Below, piece by piece: positions 40,394 to 50,975 of a DNA stretch of 64,000 bases. This DNA comes from an uncultured Planctomycetales bacterium (GTDB lineage Bacteria; Planctomycetota; SBBH01), in the NCBI GenBank assembly GCA_964455625.1, contig CAYVXZ010000001.1, positions 8,150-72,149 on the forward strand. Reading direction: 5' to 3'. The translations under genes and the position numbers were made by a program. Each line of letters starts with the position of its first letter. The first letter of the stretch is position 1. The notes beneath the pieces were generated by a model. That model had not been told where the DNA came from and did not search any database. It was given only the letters and a program-made list of their open reading frames with translations.

Positions 40394-42111
40394 CGGCGGA
40401 GGAAGCGCTTCTCGAGATCCTTGAGCGTGAGGGAGAACGACGTCGGCCGGCCGTGCTCGCAGCAGCCGGGAAACTCCGCCGTGACGCGCCGCGAGAGGAG
40501 GGAGCGCACCGCCTCCGCCGAGAGCGCGTCGCCGGCGCGCACCGCCGCCTGGCAGGCGACGATCCGCGTGATCTTCTCCCGCAGGTGCCCGGGGTCGCCG
40601 GCCTTTTCCTCCCCCCAGCGGTCAAGAAGCACCCGGAAGAACTCCCGCAGGCGCTTTCCGGCCAGGAGGGACGGCGTCGCGTGGACCGCGAGCGCCCCCT
40701 CGCCGAAGAGCCCCACGTCGAACCCCAGGGCCGCGAGAAGCGTCTTCGCCTCCAGGATCTGCGCCGCCTCGACCGGCGTGAACTCGAGGACCTCCGGAAT
40801 CAGGAGCTGCTGGCTTTCCACCGCCGCGCGCTCGCTCTTCGACTTCAGCTCGTCGTAGAGGATCCGTTCGTGGAGCGCGTGCTGGTCGTAGATCTCGATC
40901 CCGTGCGGCATCTCGACCACGAGGAACGTCCCGTGGACCTGCAGGAACCGGATCTCCGGCTCCGGCATGAGCGCGGGATCGACCTGGACCTGGCGCTCGA
41001 ACCGGGACGGGGACGTTTCCGGCGCCCCCTCGGCCGGGGGGACGGGTCGCTCCGCGCCGAACGCCGCGTGCGACTCGAACGCCCCGTGCCGCGCCGGTTC
41101 CGGCTCCGGGTAGGGGTCGCGCGCGGCGGACCCGGCGAGCGCGCGCTTCACCGCCGAGCGCACGAACGGATGCAGGCGCGACGCGTCCCGGAAGCGCACC
41201 TCGGTCTTCATCGGATGCACGTTCACGTCCACCGCGTCCGGCGGAACGGTCAGGAAGAGGAAGGCGGCCGGGTACTTCCCGCGCGGCACCAGCGTCTCGT
41301 ACGCCTGGCGGATCGCCGCCGAGACGACCCGGTCGCGCACGAAGCGGCCGTTCACGAACAGCATCTGGTGCCTCGCCGTCGCGTGGTGCACCGAGGGTTT
41401 CGAGACCGCCCCCGTCACGCCGAACGCCCCCTCGGCGTGGTCCACGGAAACAAGCTCGGAAGCGACCTGCGGGCCGAAAAGGAACCGGATCCGCTCGAGG
41501 ACGGACGCGGCCGGAAACGCGCGCACCGCCTGGTGGGCGTCCACCGAGAGGAAGAAGGCGACCTGGGGATAAGCCAAAGCAAAGCGATGGATCCACTCCT
41601 GGACGTGCGCCGCCTCGGTGGCGTTCGACTTCAGGAACTTCCGCCGCGCCGGCACGTTATGGAAGAGGTCCTTCACCTCGACGCGCGTCCCGGACGGGAC
41701 CCCCGCCGCGCGGACCTTCCCCGCCTCGCCGCCCGCCACCTCGATCAGGTGCCCCGCGCCGGAGGCCGGGGCGCTCGAAAGGGTCAGGTTCGAGACCGAT
41801 CCGATCGCCGCCAGGGCCTCCCCCCGGAACCCGAACGTCGAGACGCGAAAGAGGTCCTCGACGTCGGCGATCTTGCTCGTCGCGTGGCTCTGGACGGCCA
41901 TGGCGAGGTCCGCGGCGTCCATCCCGCGGCCGTCGTCGATGACGCGGATGGTCTTGCGGCCTCCCTCCTCGATTTCCACCGTGATTCGGCTGGCGCCCGC
42001 GTCGAGGGCGTTCTCCACGAGCTCCTTCACCACCGACGCCGGCCGCTCCACCACCTCGCCGGCCGCGATCTTTTCCACCGTGGTCCGGTCGAGCAGTCTG
42101 ATCTTCGGCAT
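40390..42111 (-). CDS. mutL: DNA mismatch repair protein MutL
   Basis: The N-terminus 'MPKIRLLDRTTVEKIAAGEVVERPASVVKELVENALDAGA' is the GHKL ATPase. The C-terminal dimerisation domain is present. Confidence 0.9.
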   Translation of the reverse strand: MPKIRLLDRTTVEKIAAGEVVERPASVVKELVENALDAGASRITVEIEEGGRKTIRVIDDGRGMDAADLAMAVQSHATSKIADVEDLFRVSTFGFRGEALAAIGSVSNLTLSSAPASGAGHLIEVAGGEAGKVRAAGVPSGTRVEVKDLFHNVPARRKFLKSNATEAAHVQEWIHRFALAYPQVAFFLSVDAHQAVRAFPAASVLERIRFLFGPQVASELVSVDHAEGAFGVTGAVSKPSVHHATARHQMLFVNGRFVRDRVVSAAIRQAYETLVPRGKYPAAFLFLTVPPDAVDVNVHPMKTEVRFRDASRLHPFVRSAVKRALAGSAARDPYPEPEPARHGAFESHAAFGAERPVPPAEGAPETSPSRFERQVQVDPALMPEPEIRFLQVHGTFLVVEMPHGIEIYDQHALHERILYDELKSKSERAAVESQQLLIPEVLEFTPVEAAQILEAKTLLAALGFDVGLFGEGALAVHATPSLLAGKRLREFFRVLLDRWGEEKAGDPGHLREKITRIVACQAAVRAGDALSAEAVRSLLSRRVTAEFPGCCEHGRPTSFSLTLKDLEKRFLRR

Positions 42112-42272
42112 GAAGGCGCCGATTGTAGCCGAAGAGCGCCACCCGGACGAATGGCGCCGGAGCTCCGCTCGCGCCCCTGTCGGCGGTTCGCCTGCTCCGC
42201 GGAACGCTCCACGACCTCGCTGGCCGCGATCTTCTCGATCGTGGTCCGGGACAGAAGGCGGATCTGGGACAT
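42112..42272 (-). repeat. partial tandem duplication of the mutL 5' end (pseudo N-terminus 'MSQIRLLSRTTIEKIAASEVVERS') plus shared leader motif
   Basis: 42206-42272 repeats mutL codons 1-24 at about 75% nt identity. 42140-42205 matches 50575-50640 (a roughly 65-nt dispersed motif). Confidence 0.6.
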
Positions 42273-42311
42273 CGCCGGCGAATTGCAGCCAGTAGCTATA
42301 CTGCCGACACG

Positions 42312-42524
42312 ATGAAGCAGAAACTTGCCCGGATCTGCCTCACCGTGGCAATCGTGTTATCCCTTCCGACACCATTTGTATTGGGGGATCCCACCGTCTT
42401 CTTCGTCCTGTCTGGCGCGTTCGCCGGAGTGGCAGTCATCTGTGGCGCCGGTTCCGTTCGAATTGTGAGCGTGATCCTCCTCGCAATGTCTATTGCGGCG
42501 GTCGGAGTGGCACGGCTTACCTGA
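42312..42524 (+). CDS. small membrane protein (70 aa, two TM helices)
   Basis: A hydrophobic ORF followed by a terminator. Confidence 0.35.
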   Translation: MKQKLARICLTVAIVLSLPTPFVLGDPTVFFVLSGAFAGVAVICGAGSVRIVSVILLAMSIAAVGVARLT

Positions 42525-42589
42525 TGGTGGTTTAGAGGACCCACCCCTTATAACAATTTTCCTGGCCCACCCACCCCCGACAGAACGCT

Positions 42590-42640
42590 TCGCCGGGCAA
42601 GTCCCCGGCGAAGCGGGGTTGTTTTAGTGAAAAGCAGTCA
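42590..42640 (+). terminator. rho-independent terminator
   Basis: CGCTTCGCCGGG-caagtc-CCCGGCGAAGCG followed by gggTTGTTTT. Confidence 0.6.
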
Positions 42641-42684
42641 CCCGGACCGTACGAACGCGACAGCGCGCGGCCAAGGGGCGGGGG

Positions 42685-43062
42685 TTACCCGCTGGCGATG
42701 AACTTCCCGAGCATTCGGGTCACATGGTCACAGGCATCCCAGAGGGCCCGGAAGCGTGGCTCCGCGAGGAGGCCCAGGCGATGCCCGACTTCGAGGCAGG
42801 CGGCGAGCTCGTGCGTCGAGCCGATCGCGATCTCGAAGAACCGCCGGCGCTCGGCCCGCGAGGGACGACCGAGCCCTTCGGCGATGTTGAGCGGGACCGA
42901 CCCGGCCGCCCGGCGGGCCTGATCGGCAAGCCAGCCGTAGCCGCGCGGCAGATTCCGGGTCCAGATCGCGGCCTCCGTCACCAAGTCCACCGATTTCCGA
43001 TATGCCCGACATCCGTGCAGATCCATTCGCGTCTCCTTTCTGGCGCCGAGGCGGCGCCTCAC
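42685..43062 (-). CDS. four-helix-bundle protein (23S rRNA intervening-sequence protein family)
   Basis: 'AIWTRNLPRGYGWLADQARRAAGSVPLNIAEGLGRPSRAERRRFFEIAIGS' is the hallmark of the family. It is a paralog of 54390-54743. Confidence 0.8.
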   Translation of the reverse strand: MRRRLGARKETRMDLHGCRAYRKSVDLVTEAAIWTRNLPRGYGWLADQARRAAGSVPLNIAEGLGRPSRAERRRFFEIAIGSTHELAACLEVGHRLGLLAEPRFRALWDACDHVTRMLGKFIASG

Positions 43063-43189
43063 CCGGCTGGGGCGTCGCCGAGGCGCTTTGCGGGAGACGC
43101 GAATCAGGTTTCAGATGTCGGGGTTCGGGTTACGGAGATCGGGACACGGGTTTCGGAAAGCGGGTTCCTGGTTTCGAAACCCGATCACC

Positions 43190-43225
43190 CCCACCCTCCC
43201 CTCCCCCATCAAGGGGGAGGGATTC
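43190..43225. repeat. C-rich hairpin motif CCCTCCCC(T)CCCCC-ATCNA-GGGGGAGGG, copy 1
   Basis: The same motif appears at 54920-54955. It is preceded (43100-43190) by degenerate GGGTTTCGG-like short tandem repeats. Confidence 0.55.
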
Positions 43226-43291
43226 AAATAGACGACTGGCCGGGGCTCCGGAGACGTGTTCCGGAGTCGGGATCCGGGTTTCGTCCGTGAG

Positions 43292-44167
43292 CTATTTGTC
43301 GATCAGAGACCGGAGGACCTTCAGATTCTCGACATCGTCCTTCAGGTCTTCTTCCTTCGGCGTCTCGAGGACCATGGGAAGCCCGGCAAAGCGGGGGTCG
43401 TTCAGGATCATGCGGAACGGTTCCAGGCCCAGGAACCCCTTGCCGATGTGCTCGTGGCGGTCGACGCGGGAACCGAGATCCTTCTTGGCGTCGTTCAGGT
43501 GGAAGCACCGGACGCGCGGGATCCCGACTTCCTTGTCCAGTTCGGCCACCATCGCCTCGTACCCGTCCTTCGTGCGGAGCTCGTACCCGGCCGCGAGCAG
43601 ATGACAGGTGTCGAGGCACAGGCCGATCCGGTCCGGGTCCTTCACGCGCTTCAAGATCTCCTTCATGTGAGCGAACTTGTACCCCACGTTCGAGCCTTGC
43701 CCCGCCGTCACCTCGAGGCAGAGCGTGGCGCGGAACCCTTTTCCCTTGGCTTGCACTTCGTCCAGGGCCCGGGCGATGTTGTCGAAAGCGACTTCCTCTC
43801 CCGCCCCGACGTGCGCCCCCGGGTGCATGACGACGTGGTCGAGCCCCAGCAGCTCGGCGCGCTCGAGCTCCCCCCAAAGGGCGGAAACGGAGCGCTTCCA
43901 GAGGACGGGGTTCGCGGACCCCACGTTGATGAGGTAGGAGTCGTGCGCGAAGGCGGCCTTCACGCCGTGAGCGGCAATTCCTTTTTTAAATGCCTCCGCC
44001 TCCTCGGGCGGGATCTTCCGGGCATGCCACTGGTTGGAGCTCGAGGTGAAGATCTGGAGCGCCTCCCCCCGGACCGCGGCGAGCCGCTCGACCGCCTTCT
44101 CGACGCCGCCGGCGATCGACATGTGGGCGCCGAGAAGCGGCGCGGCGGCGGCGTTTTTTTTCGGCAT
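43292..44167 (-). CDS. nfo: deoxyribonuclease IV (endonuclease IV, AP endonuclease family 2)
   Basis: Nfo motifs 'GAHMSIAGG', 'HDSYLINV', 'HPGAH', 'LCLDTCHL' and 'HLNDAKK'. Confidence 0.9.
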   Translation of the reverse strand: MPKKNAAAAPLLGAHMSIAGGVEKAVERLAAVRGEALQIFTSSSNQWHARKIPPEEAEAFKKGIAAHGVKAAFAHDSYLINVGSANPVLWKRSVSALWGELERAELLGLDHVVMHPGAHVGAGEEVAFDNIARALDEVQAKGKGFRATLCLEVTAGQGSNVGYKFAHMKEILKRVKDPDRIGLCLDTCHLLAAGYELRTKDGYEAMVAELDKEVGIPRVRCFHLNDAKKDLGSRVDRHEHIGKGFLGLEPFRMILNDPRFAGLPMVLETPKEEDLKDDVENLKVLRSLIDK

Positions 44168-44174
44168 CGCGCGG

Positions 44175-44642
44175 CTAGAAATAGCGGATCAGGTCCTGGA
44201 ATCCCTCGAGCTGGTCGTCGACCTTCTTCAGGCGGTCGCTCATCTTGCGCACCAGCCCCTGCAGGACCTTGTTGGCGAGCGGGAGGTCGTTGGCGAAGAG
44301 CTTGTCGAGCGTCGCCCGGTCGGCCACGAACAGGGTCGCCCGCACGGCGGCGACGGCGTTGGCGGAGCGGGGGCGCTCGTCGAGGTACGACATTTCACCC
44401 AGGATCTCACCCTGCGAGAGGCGCGCGAGGACCACCGCGCCCCCCTTCGGCTGGTCGCGCGTGATGTGGACGACACCGGCGCGGATCAGGTAGACGGTCC
44501 CGCCCGGGTCTCCCATCGAGAAGACGCGGGTCCCCTTCTCGAAGGTGCGCTCCGTGAGGACGGCGTCGACCCGCGCGAGCTCCGCGTCGTCGAGCCGGCT
44601 GAAGATGTCGACCTTCCGGAGGAACTCGACGCGCTCGGACAT
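44175..44642 (-). CDS. cyclic-nucleotide-binding domain protein (no DNA-binding domain)
   Basis: cNMP-binding beta-barrel motifs ('GDPGGTVYLIRAGVVHI', 'GEILGEMSYL'). Confidence 0.7.
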   Translation of the reverse strand: MSERVEFLRKVDIFSRLDDAELARVDAVLTERTFEKGTRVFSMGDPGGTVYLIRAGVVHITRDQPKGGAVVLARLSQGEILGEMSYLDERPRSANAVAAVRATLFVADRATLDKLFANDLPLANKVLQGLVRKMSDRLKKVDDQLEGFQDLIRYF

Positions 44643-44648
44643 GGGGGA

Positions 44649-46922
44649 CTAGCCGGAACTCTTGGCGGCCTCGAGGGTGCGGGCCACCTTCTGGATCTCG
44701 TAGACGTCGATGATGTCGCCGGGCTTCACGTCGTCGAAGTTGGCGATCCGGACGCCGCACTCCATCCCCTCCTTCACCTCGCGGACGTCGTCCTTGAAGT
44801 GCCGGAGCGACTCGAGCTTCCCCTCGTGGACGACAGTGCCGTCCCGGACGACGCGGACAAGGGCGTTCCGGCGGATGACGCCGCTCGTCACGCGGCATCC
44901 CGCGATGGCGCCGACCTTGGAGGCGTGGAAGATCTGGCGGATCTCGACGCGGCCCAGCTGCGCCTCGCGGCTTTCGGGCTCGAGCATCCCCTCCATCATC
45001 TTCTGCACGTCCTCGGTCATCTTGTAGATGATCTGGTAGGTGCGGATCTCCACCCCGTTGCCGGAGGACAGGGCCCGCGCCTTGTCCTCGGGAACGACGT
45101 GGAACCCGACGACGAGAGCCTTCGAGGCGTGCGCGAGAAGCACGTCCGACTCGCTCACGGCGCCCACCCCCTGGTGGAGCACCCGCACCTTCACCTCGTC
45201 GGTGGAAAGGTCGGCCAGGGCCTGCGCCACCACCTCGACCGACCCCTTGACGTCGGCCTTCACGATGACATTGATCTCCTTCGCCTTCTTCTGCTCGATG
45301 TGGCTGAAGAGGTTCTCGAGGGTCACGTTCTGCTTGCGGGCGATCTCCGCCTCGCGCAGCTTGTGGGCCTTCTCCCCGGCGATCTCGCGCGCCTTGTCGA
45401 TGTTGTCGACCACGAACATCCGCGCGCCCGCCTCGGGGACGTCGGAAAGCCCCGTGAGCTGGACCGGCGTCGAGGGGGGCGCGACGGAAAGGCTCTTCCC
45501 GGTGTCCGTCATCATCGCGCGCACCTTGCCGTACGCCTGCCCGCAGACGATCGTGTCGCCGACCTTGAGGGTCCCGTCCTGGACGAGGACCGTCGCCACG
45601 ATCCCGCGCGCTTCCGAGATCGACGCCTCGATCACCGTCCCGCGCGCCGGGGCCTTCGGGTTCGCCTTGAGGTCGAGAACCTCGGCCTCGAGGTGGATCC
45701 GCTCGAGGAGATCCGGGACCCCCTTCCCGGTGAGACCCGAGATCTCGATGAAGGCGACCTTGCCTCCCCACGACTCGGCCTGGACGCCGATCCGGGAGAG
45801 CTGCTCGGTGACCTTGCGGGCGTCGGCGCCGGGCTTGTCCATCTTGTTCACGGCGACGATGACCGGGACCTCCGCGGCCTTGGCGTGGTTCACCGCCTCC
45901 TCGGTCTGGGGCATCATGCCGTCGTCGCCGGCCACCACGAGGACGACGATGTCCGTCACGTTCGCCCCGCGCGAGCGCATCCGCGTGAAGGCGGCGTGGC
46001 CCGGCGTGTCCATGAAGGTGATCGGCCCCTGGGGGGTCTCGACCATGTAGGCGCCGATATGCTGGGTGATCCCCCCCACCTCGCCGGCGGCGACCTCGGT
46101 CTTCCGCAGGCGGTCGAGAAGCGTGGTCTTGCCGTGGTCGACGTGCCCCATCACCGTCACGACCGGCGGGCGGGGCTTCAGGTCCTTGGGGTTCGCCTTC
46201 TTGTCCGTCCCCGACAGGGCCTCTTCCTCGAGGGTCTGGCTCTCGGTGACGTCGATCGTGATCCCGAGCTTCTCCGCGATGAGACCCACCGAATAGGCGT
46301 CCAGGACCTGGTTGATGGTCGCCATGACGCCCAGGTCCATGAGCCCCTTCAGGAGGTCGCCCGTCTTGACGCCGATCACGGCCGAGAGGTTCTTGAGCGA
46401 GACCGGCGTCTGGACGGAGAAGGTCTTTCCCTTCGCGGCCTCGAGGACCCCGTCGGCCGGTTTCGCCCCCCCGCCGAAGGGACCGTGCCCGGGCGTCCGG
46501 TGGGCCGCGGCGCCGGACCCGCCCATCCCCATCCCGGGGCCGGGGGGGCTGCCGGGGCGGCGCGGCCCGCCGGGGCCGCGCTTGATGACGCGCTCAAGCT
46601 TGACGTGCTTCACCGATTGCCCGAAGTCGGGCTTTTCCTCGATGACCTTGACGGTGAAGGGGTTCTTCGCCTCCTGCGATCCGGGCGCGGCGGGGTCGGC
46701 GGGCTTCCCGTCCGCGGGCTTGGCGGCAGGGGCGCCGGCCGCCGGGATCTTGTGCCCCCGGGCCCGCAGCGAGATCTTGATCCGCTCGATCTCGACGGGG
46801 TCCAGGACCGAGGCGTGCGACTTCACCGGGATCCCGATCTGCTGGCAGATCCCGATCAGGATCTTGTTCTCGAGCCCCAGCTCCTTCGAGAGCTCGTGGA
46901 GGCGGCGCTTCATGCCGCCCAA
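44649..46922 (-). CDS. infB: translation initiation factor IF-2
   Basis: GTPase G1 '[12 protein letters not shown]', 'DTPGH', 'NKMD'. The Gly/Pro-rich N-domain and the C-terminal beta-barrels are present. Confidence 0.95.
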   Translation of the reverse strand: MGGMKRRLHELSKELGLENKILIGICQQIGIPVKSHASVLDPVEIERIKISLRARGHKIPAAGAPAAKPADGKPADPAAPGSQEAKNPFTVKVIEEKPDFGQSVKHVKLERVIKRGPGGPRRPGSPPGPGMGMGGSGAAAHRTPGHGPFGGGAKPADGVLEAAKGKTFSVQTPVSLKNLSAVIGVKTGDLLKGLMDLGVMATINQVLDAYSVGLIAEKLGITIDVTESQTLEEEALSGTDKKANPKDLKPRPPVVTVMGHVDHGKTTLLDRLRKTEVAAGEVGGITQHIGAYMVETPQGPITFMDTPGHAAFTRMRSRGANVTDIVVLVVAGDDGMMPQTEEAVNHAKAAEVPVIVAVNKMDKPGADARKVTEQLSRIGVQAESWGGKVAFIEISGLTGKGVPDLLERIHLEAEVLDLKANPKAPARGTVIEASISEARGIVATVLVQDGTLKVGDTIVCGQAYGKVRAMMTDTGKSLSVAPPSTPVQLTGLSDVPEAGARMFVVDNIDKAREIAGEKAHKLREAEIARKQNVTLENLFSHIEQKKAKEINVIVKADVKGSVEVVAQALADLSTDEVKVRVLHQGVGAVSESDVLLAHASKALVVGFHVVPEDKARALSSGNGVEIRTYQIIYKMTEDVQKMMEGMLEPESREAQLGRVEIRQIFHASKVGAIAGCRVTSGVIRRNALVRVVRDGTVVHEGKLESLRHFKDDVREVKEGMECGVRIANFDDVKPGDIIDVYEIQKVARTLEAAKSSG

Positions 46923-46923
46923 G

Positions 46924-48123
46924 CTACTTCACGGTCAACTGTTTTTCAAAGAGTTTCACCGCCGCGTCGAATCGGGCCGCGTCGATCCCGCCGACGCAGG
47001 CGAGAACCGCGTTCCCCGTGCGGCGCGCGTGGCACGGGGCCCCTACCGGGGCCCGTCGGGCGAAGGCGGCGGCCAGCGCCTCCTCGAACTCGGCGGCGTC
47101 CTTTTCGGTGTCCCAGACGGACCCCCACGCGAGGACCGCCCCGCCCTGGCCGTCCTCGTACAGGGCGAACCGGTCCCCTCCCCAGCCGGCGCCGGCCCGG
47201 GCCCCCCTCACGGCGTCCTCCGTGAGGATCCGCACGGCGACGGTGACCATCCACTCGCCGAAGGTGTCTTCCTCCGTCTTCTTCCAGCCCGCGCCCAGGA
47301 CCGCCGCGAGGTCGGGAAGGGCCACCGCCCGGGGCGGGTCGTCCCCGGCGAAGAATTTCTCCGGGTGCAGGATCTGCTCGCTCGACTCCGGCGGGCGGTC
47401 GAGGAGCGCGTTCACCGCCTCCCATCCCCCCCTGGCCCGGACGCGCTCGACGAACCGCTGTCCCTGGATGTACGGCATCGTCATCGGCTCGCTCAAGATG
47501 GCGGGGTATTCCGCCATCCCGAAGGAACCGACGAACTGCTGGCCCAGTTCCTCCGGGGAGAGTTTCGCCGACCCGGGATTGCGCTTCGCGTACTCCGCCA
47601 TCACCGCCATCGCGTCCCCCTCCAGGATCGCGTGGTACGCGAGAACACGGTCGCTGTCGGCCGCGCGCGCGCCGTCCCGCTCGGTGATGGGCCAATGCTG
47701 GTCCTGCAGGGCGTGCTGGATCTCGTGGGCAAGGATCGGGCCGGCCATCCCGGCGAGGTCCGAGAGATGCCAGAGCCCTCCGCGGCGCGGGATGTAGATC
47801 CCGCCCACCCCCAGCGTCAGCACCTCGCGCAGCGACCGGCGCATATCGAACCCCTCGGGGACCAGGCCCAGGAGGGCGTAGACCCGGGTGGTCGCCTTCT
47901 CCTTGGCGGACGGAAGCTCGTGGTCGATCTCCTCGGCGAGGATCTTCCCCAACCCCTCCCGGTCGATCGCGCTCGCGGTGAAGTCGCGCTTGAAGGCGAG
48001 CCCGCGGATCGCGGAGACGTCGCGCCGCAGCTCCGCGATGTCGGGGGCCCCTTCAACCGTCGGGGAAAACGCCAGGAACCCGCCGGCAAGCACCCAAACG
48101 GACAGGCGGGACGGCCGCGTCAT
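46924..48123 (-). CDS. secreted/lipoprotein with HExxH motif (putative zinc metallopeptidase)
   Basis: Signal peptide. 'LAHEIQHALQD' matches HExxH. The gene is inserted between nusA and infB. Confidence 0.5.
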   Translation of the reverse strand: MTRPSRLSVWVLAGGFLAFSPTVEGAPDIAELRRDVSAIRGLAFKRDFTASAIDREGLGKILAEEIDHELPSAKEKATTRVYALLGLVPEGFDMRRSLREVLTLGVGGIYIPRRGGLWHLSDLAGMAGPILAHEIQHALQDQHWPITERDGARAADSDRVLAYHAILEGDAMAVMAEYAKRNPGSAKLSPEELGQQFVGSFGMAEYPAILSEPMTMPYIQGQRFVERVRARGGWEAVNALLDRPPESSEQILHPEKFFAGDDPPRAVALPDLAAVLGAGWKKTEEDTFGEWMVTVAVRILTEDAVRGARAGAGWGGDRFALYEDGQGGAVLAWGSVWDTEKDAAEFEEALAAAFARRAPVGAPCHARRTGNAVLACVGGIDAARFDAAVKLFEKQLTVK

Positions 48124-50519
48124 TCGCCCACCGGGACGAACGGCCCGGGCGGACGCCCGGTTCCGCCGTCCTCCTTCAGGTAGTTCGCGACGCCGTCCTT
48201 CCAGGAGAAGCTCCCCTTCGCCTGATACAGGGCGCCGTCCGTCGCGCCGATGAAAACACGGCTTCCCGTCTTGCCGGGATCAACGGGGACCGCCAGGACG
48301 TACGCGGTCTTCTCGGGGTCTTTCCCCGCACGCATGGAAAAGCGGTACCCCTTCCAGACGCCATCGGTCTCGCAAAACGGAAGGAGGAAATTCCCGCCCG
48401 CATCGACGAACCCCTGCCACCCCTTCCCGTCGAGCGACGGATACTCGCCGGTCCCGTCGCCGTCGGCGTCGAAGAGGACCAGTTTCTTCCCGACGGCCGC
48501 CGCCTCCAGCGTCGCCCGGACCCCTTTCATGACCGCCATCTCGCCGGCGGAAAGCCGCGCGTCGTCCGCCGCTCCCTCGCGCTCGAAGGCGCCGGCAAGC
48601 GGGTCGTCCGCCGCTATCCCCTCCTCCTCTGCCCGTCCCCTGGCCCTGGCGATGGCCGGCAGGACCAGGGCGGCCCCGACCCCGAGAACTCCGATATCCG
48701 TCGTCAGGTTCACCGGCAGGACGCCGAACGACTCGAGGTAGACGCCATCGGCGTCCGCCCCCATCGCTTGGGCCGATCCGAAGAGGTGCCGGGCGATCGT
48801 GTCGGCCATCGGGAGTGTCGCGGGATCCGGGAACGGGACGTCCCCCATCGCCTGCTCGAGCGCCATCTGGACCATCGGCAGGGCGCTGACAATCTGGTTG
48901 TACTGCTTGCGGAAGGAATCGGGTCCCTCCTCGTACGCCATGAACGAAGCAGGTCTCGCGACGCGTGAAAAGGCCGCCTTGAAATCGGCGGTCGCCGCGA
49001 TCCCCTTCGCCGGATCGGGCGAGTCGATCCGGCGGCAGGCGGCCTTCACCGCGGTCTGCGTCATCCCCGCCACCAGCCACCCCTTGTGGATCGCGAAGGC
49101 GGGGAGGATCGGGACGTCCGGGAACGTGACCGTCGTCACGGCGGGGCCCGTCCCCATGGCGGGAAGGGTCTGGACCTTGAACCCCTTCTCTTCCGCGCCC
49201 CGCGCGAGGAGGTCCCCGACGAGGCGGCGCGCGGCTTCCTCGTCGGCGAGCTCGACGAAGAGGACGATCTCCGGGATCGGCATGACGCCGATCTGCTGCT
49301 TCAGGGCGAGACCGATCTCCCCTCCCAGGGCCGCGGGGAGGTCCCGCAGGACACCGGGCGGCAGGTCCTCGGCCATCTTCTCCCGCATCGAAAACAGGCC
49401 TGCCTCCCCCGCGCCCGCCCGGACGGCGTCCTGGACCGACCGCCAGACCTGCTTCGGATCGATCCGGCCGGCGAAAACGCTGTGCGTCCCGGCCGGGATG
49501 AACGCGAGGCTCCTGAACTCCCGCTTCGGGTTTCCGGCCATCGCGGTCAAGAGTCCCTTCTTCTCGCCGGGAGCCAGGAGCACGGTCGAACGGAGGAATC
49601 CCTTGTCCTTCACGACAAGCGACATCCCCATCGCACGGGCATTCGAGAACCCCAACCCGTCAATCATGGCGGGAGCGACGGTGCGCACCACCGGATCCGG
49701 CAGGGACTCCAGGATTTTTTCCCGGGTCCGGGCGGTGTTCAGGTAACCGTGCGCTATCGCCGCGCCCGAACGGTCGCAGCGGGCCTGCGCAGCCCGGTAG
49801 TCGGCATTCTGGACAAGGGTGGCTCCCGCCCCCCCTTTCTCGAGTCGGTCCGACCATGCCTCCAGCGCCCCTTTCGGTCCGCGGGCGAAGACAAAACGGT
49901 CGCCGTGGCGAGCCCAGCCGCTCTCTGTTGCGTCAGCGGTCTTTTCCGTCGCTCGAATCCCCTTCCAGTTCCCATGCTGGAACTCCTCGAAATTCTCCTT
50001 GCCGCTCGGTTCCGAAAGCTGGCACAACTTCCGCAGCATCGCCTCCCACCGCGGGGCGTTTCTGCACGGACCCCACGTGGCGACGGCGACAGGCCCTGTC
50101 TTGTCCGCGCCAAAAAGGGCCAGGGACACTTCCCCATCAATGCCACACAGAAGCCCAGGGAGCTCCGTCATGTTCCGCATGCAATAGGCCTCTGCGATGT
50201 CGGACGAGGTTCCTCCGGAGAGCACCTCGCGACCTATCCCGTCACCCGTCCTGGCCCACAAGGTCCGCACCATGGGCGTCAAGGTCCCCTGGAAAAAGTT
50301 CCGCACCTCCGGCTCGCGCCAGATGTCGGCGAGGGCCGTGGTCGCGAGCGCGTCCCGGGCGCGCGCGGCGTCCGGGATCGAGACGTAGAGGAGCGTGTCG
50401 GCCGGGACGATCTCGTCAAGCCGTCGCGGGGCCGGCGGCGCCCCTCTCTCCGGGGCGGCCACGCCCGCACCAAGAGCCGTCCAGAGCAACGCGACCGTCG
50501 GAAGCGTATTCAGTTTCAT
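48120..50519 (-). CDS. large secreted hypothetical protein (~800 aa)
   Basis: Start at the Met of 'MKLNTLPTVALLWTALGAGVAAPE' (signal peptide). The track ORF extends upstream to 50672. No domain is recognised. Confidence 0.5.
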   Translation of the reverse strand: MKLNTLPTVALLWTALGAGVAAPERGAPPAPRRLDEIVPADTLLYVSIPDAARARDALATTALADIWREPEVRNFFQGTLTPMVRTLWARTGDGIGREVLSGGTSSDIAEAYCMRNMTELPGLLCGIDGEVSLALFGADKTGPVAVATWGPCRNAPRWEAMLRKLCQLSEPSGKENFEEFQHGNWKGIRATEKTADATESGWARHGDRFVFARGPKGALEAWSDRLEKGGAGATLVQNADYRAAQARCDRSGAAIAHGYLNTARTREKILESLPDPVVRTVAPAMIDGLGFSNARAMGMSLVVKDKGFLRSTVLLAPGEKKGLLTAMAGNPKREFRSLAFIPAGTHSVFAGRIDPKQVWRSVQDAVRAGAGEAGLFSMREKMAEDLPPGVLRDLPAALGGEIGLALKQQIGVMPIPEIVLFVELADEEAARRLVGDLLARGAEEKGFKVQTLPAMGTGPAVTTVTFPDVPILPAFAIHKGWLVAGMTQTAVKAACRRIDSPDPAKGIAATADFKAAFSRVARPASFMAYEEGPDSFRKQYNQIVSALPMVQMALEQAMGDVPFPDPATLPMADTIARHLFGSAQAMGADADGVYLESFGVLPVNLTTDIGVLGVGAALVLPAIARARGRAEEEGIAADDPLAGAFEREGAADDARLSAGEMAVMKGVRATLEAAAVGKKLVLFDADGDGTGEYPSLDGKGWQGFVDAGGNFLLPFCETDGVWKGYRFSMRAGKDPEKTAYVLAVPVDPGKTGSRVFIGATDGALYQAKGSFSWKDGVANYLKEDGGTGRPPGPFVPVGE

Positions 50520-50945
50520 GCGGCGAGTGTACCAATCGTGATAGCGGGAAACGACCGCTGGAGGCCTCTGGGCACTTACGGCGCCGTTGTCCGGCTTCAG
50601 CGCCCCTTTTGGCGGTTCGCCTGTTCCGCGGGACGTTCGGCGCGCAGCAGACCCGCCGGACGCGCGCCTCACTGCGAACCGGCGGCGGCGAGGCGGAGCC
50701 TGCGAGGGCTTCTCCGGAGACGCCAGACCGCGCCTCGCCTTGCCGGTTCAGCCCCGCGGCCAGGCTCCCGCCACGGGGCGCGCGCCGCCTGGCGCCGGAC
50801 TCTCCATGCCGGCCCCCCGTTTTTTATTAGTTTGGTCTGCCCCCCCACCCCCGGCGGAATCGCCTTCGGCCTCCCGGCCTTGGCTCTTTCCCCCAGGCCC
50901 CCGCCTTCCCTGTTGCTGTTGGAGGCAGGGGGCCGGTGGAAAAAA

Positions 50946-50975
50946 GACGGCCCGAAGGGCCGGCACTCCGCTTGG
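50946..50975 (-). terminator. rho-independent terminator inside the long noncoding region
   Basis: Minus strand reads GCCGGCCC-UUC-GGGCCGUC followed by UUUUUU. Confidence 0.45.

Noticed and set aside
44034-47225. 1063-aa plus-strand ORF antisense to infB
   Set aside because: It is an antisense artefact. infB on the minus strand carries the canonical GTPase motifs.
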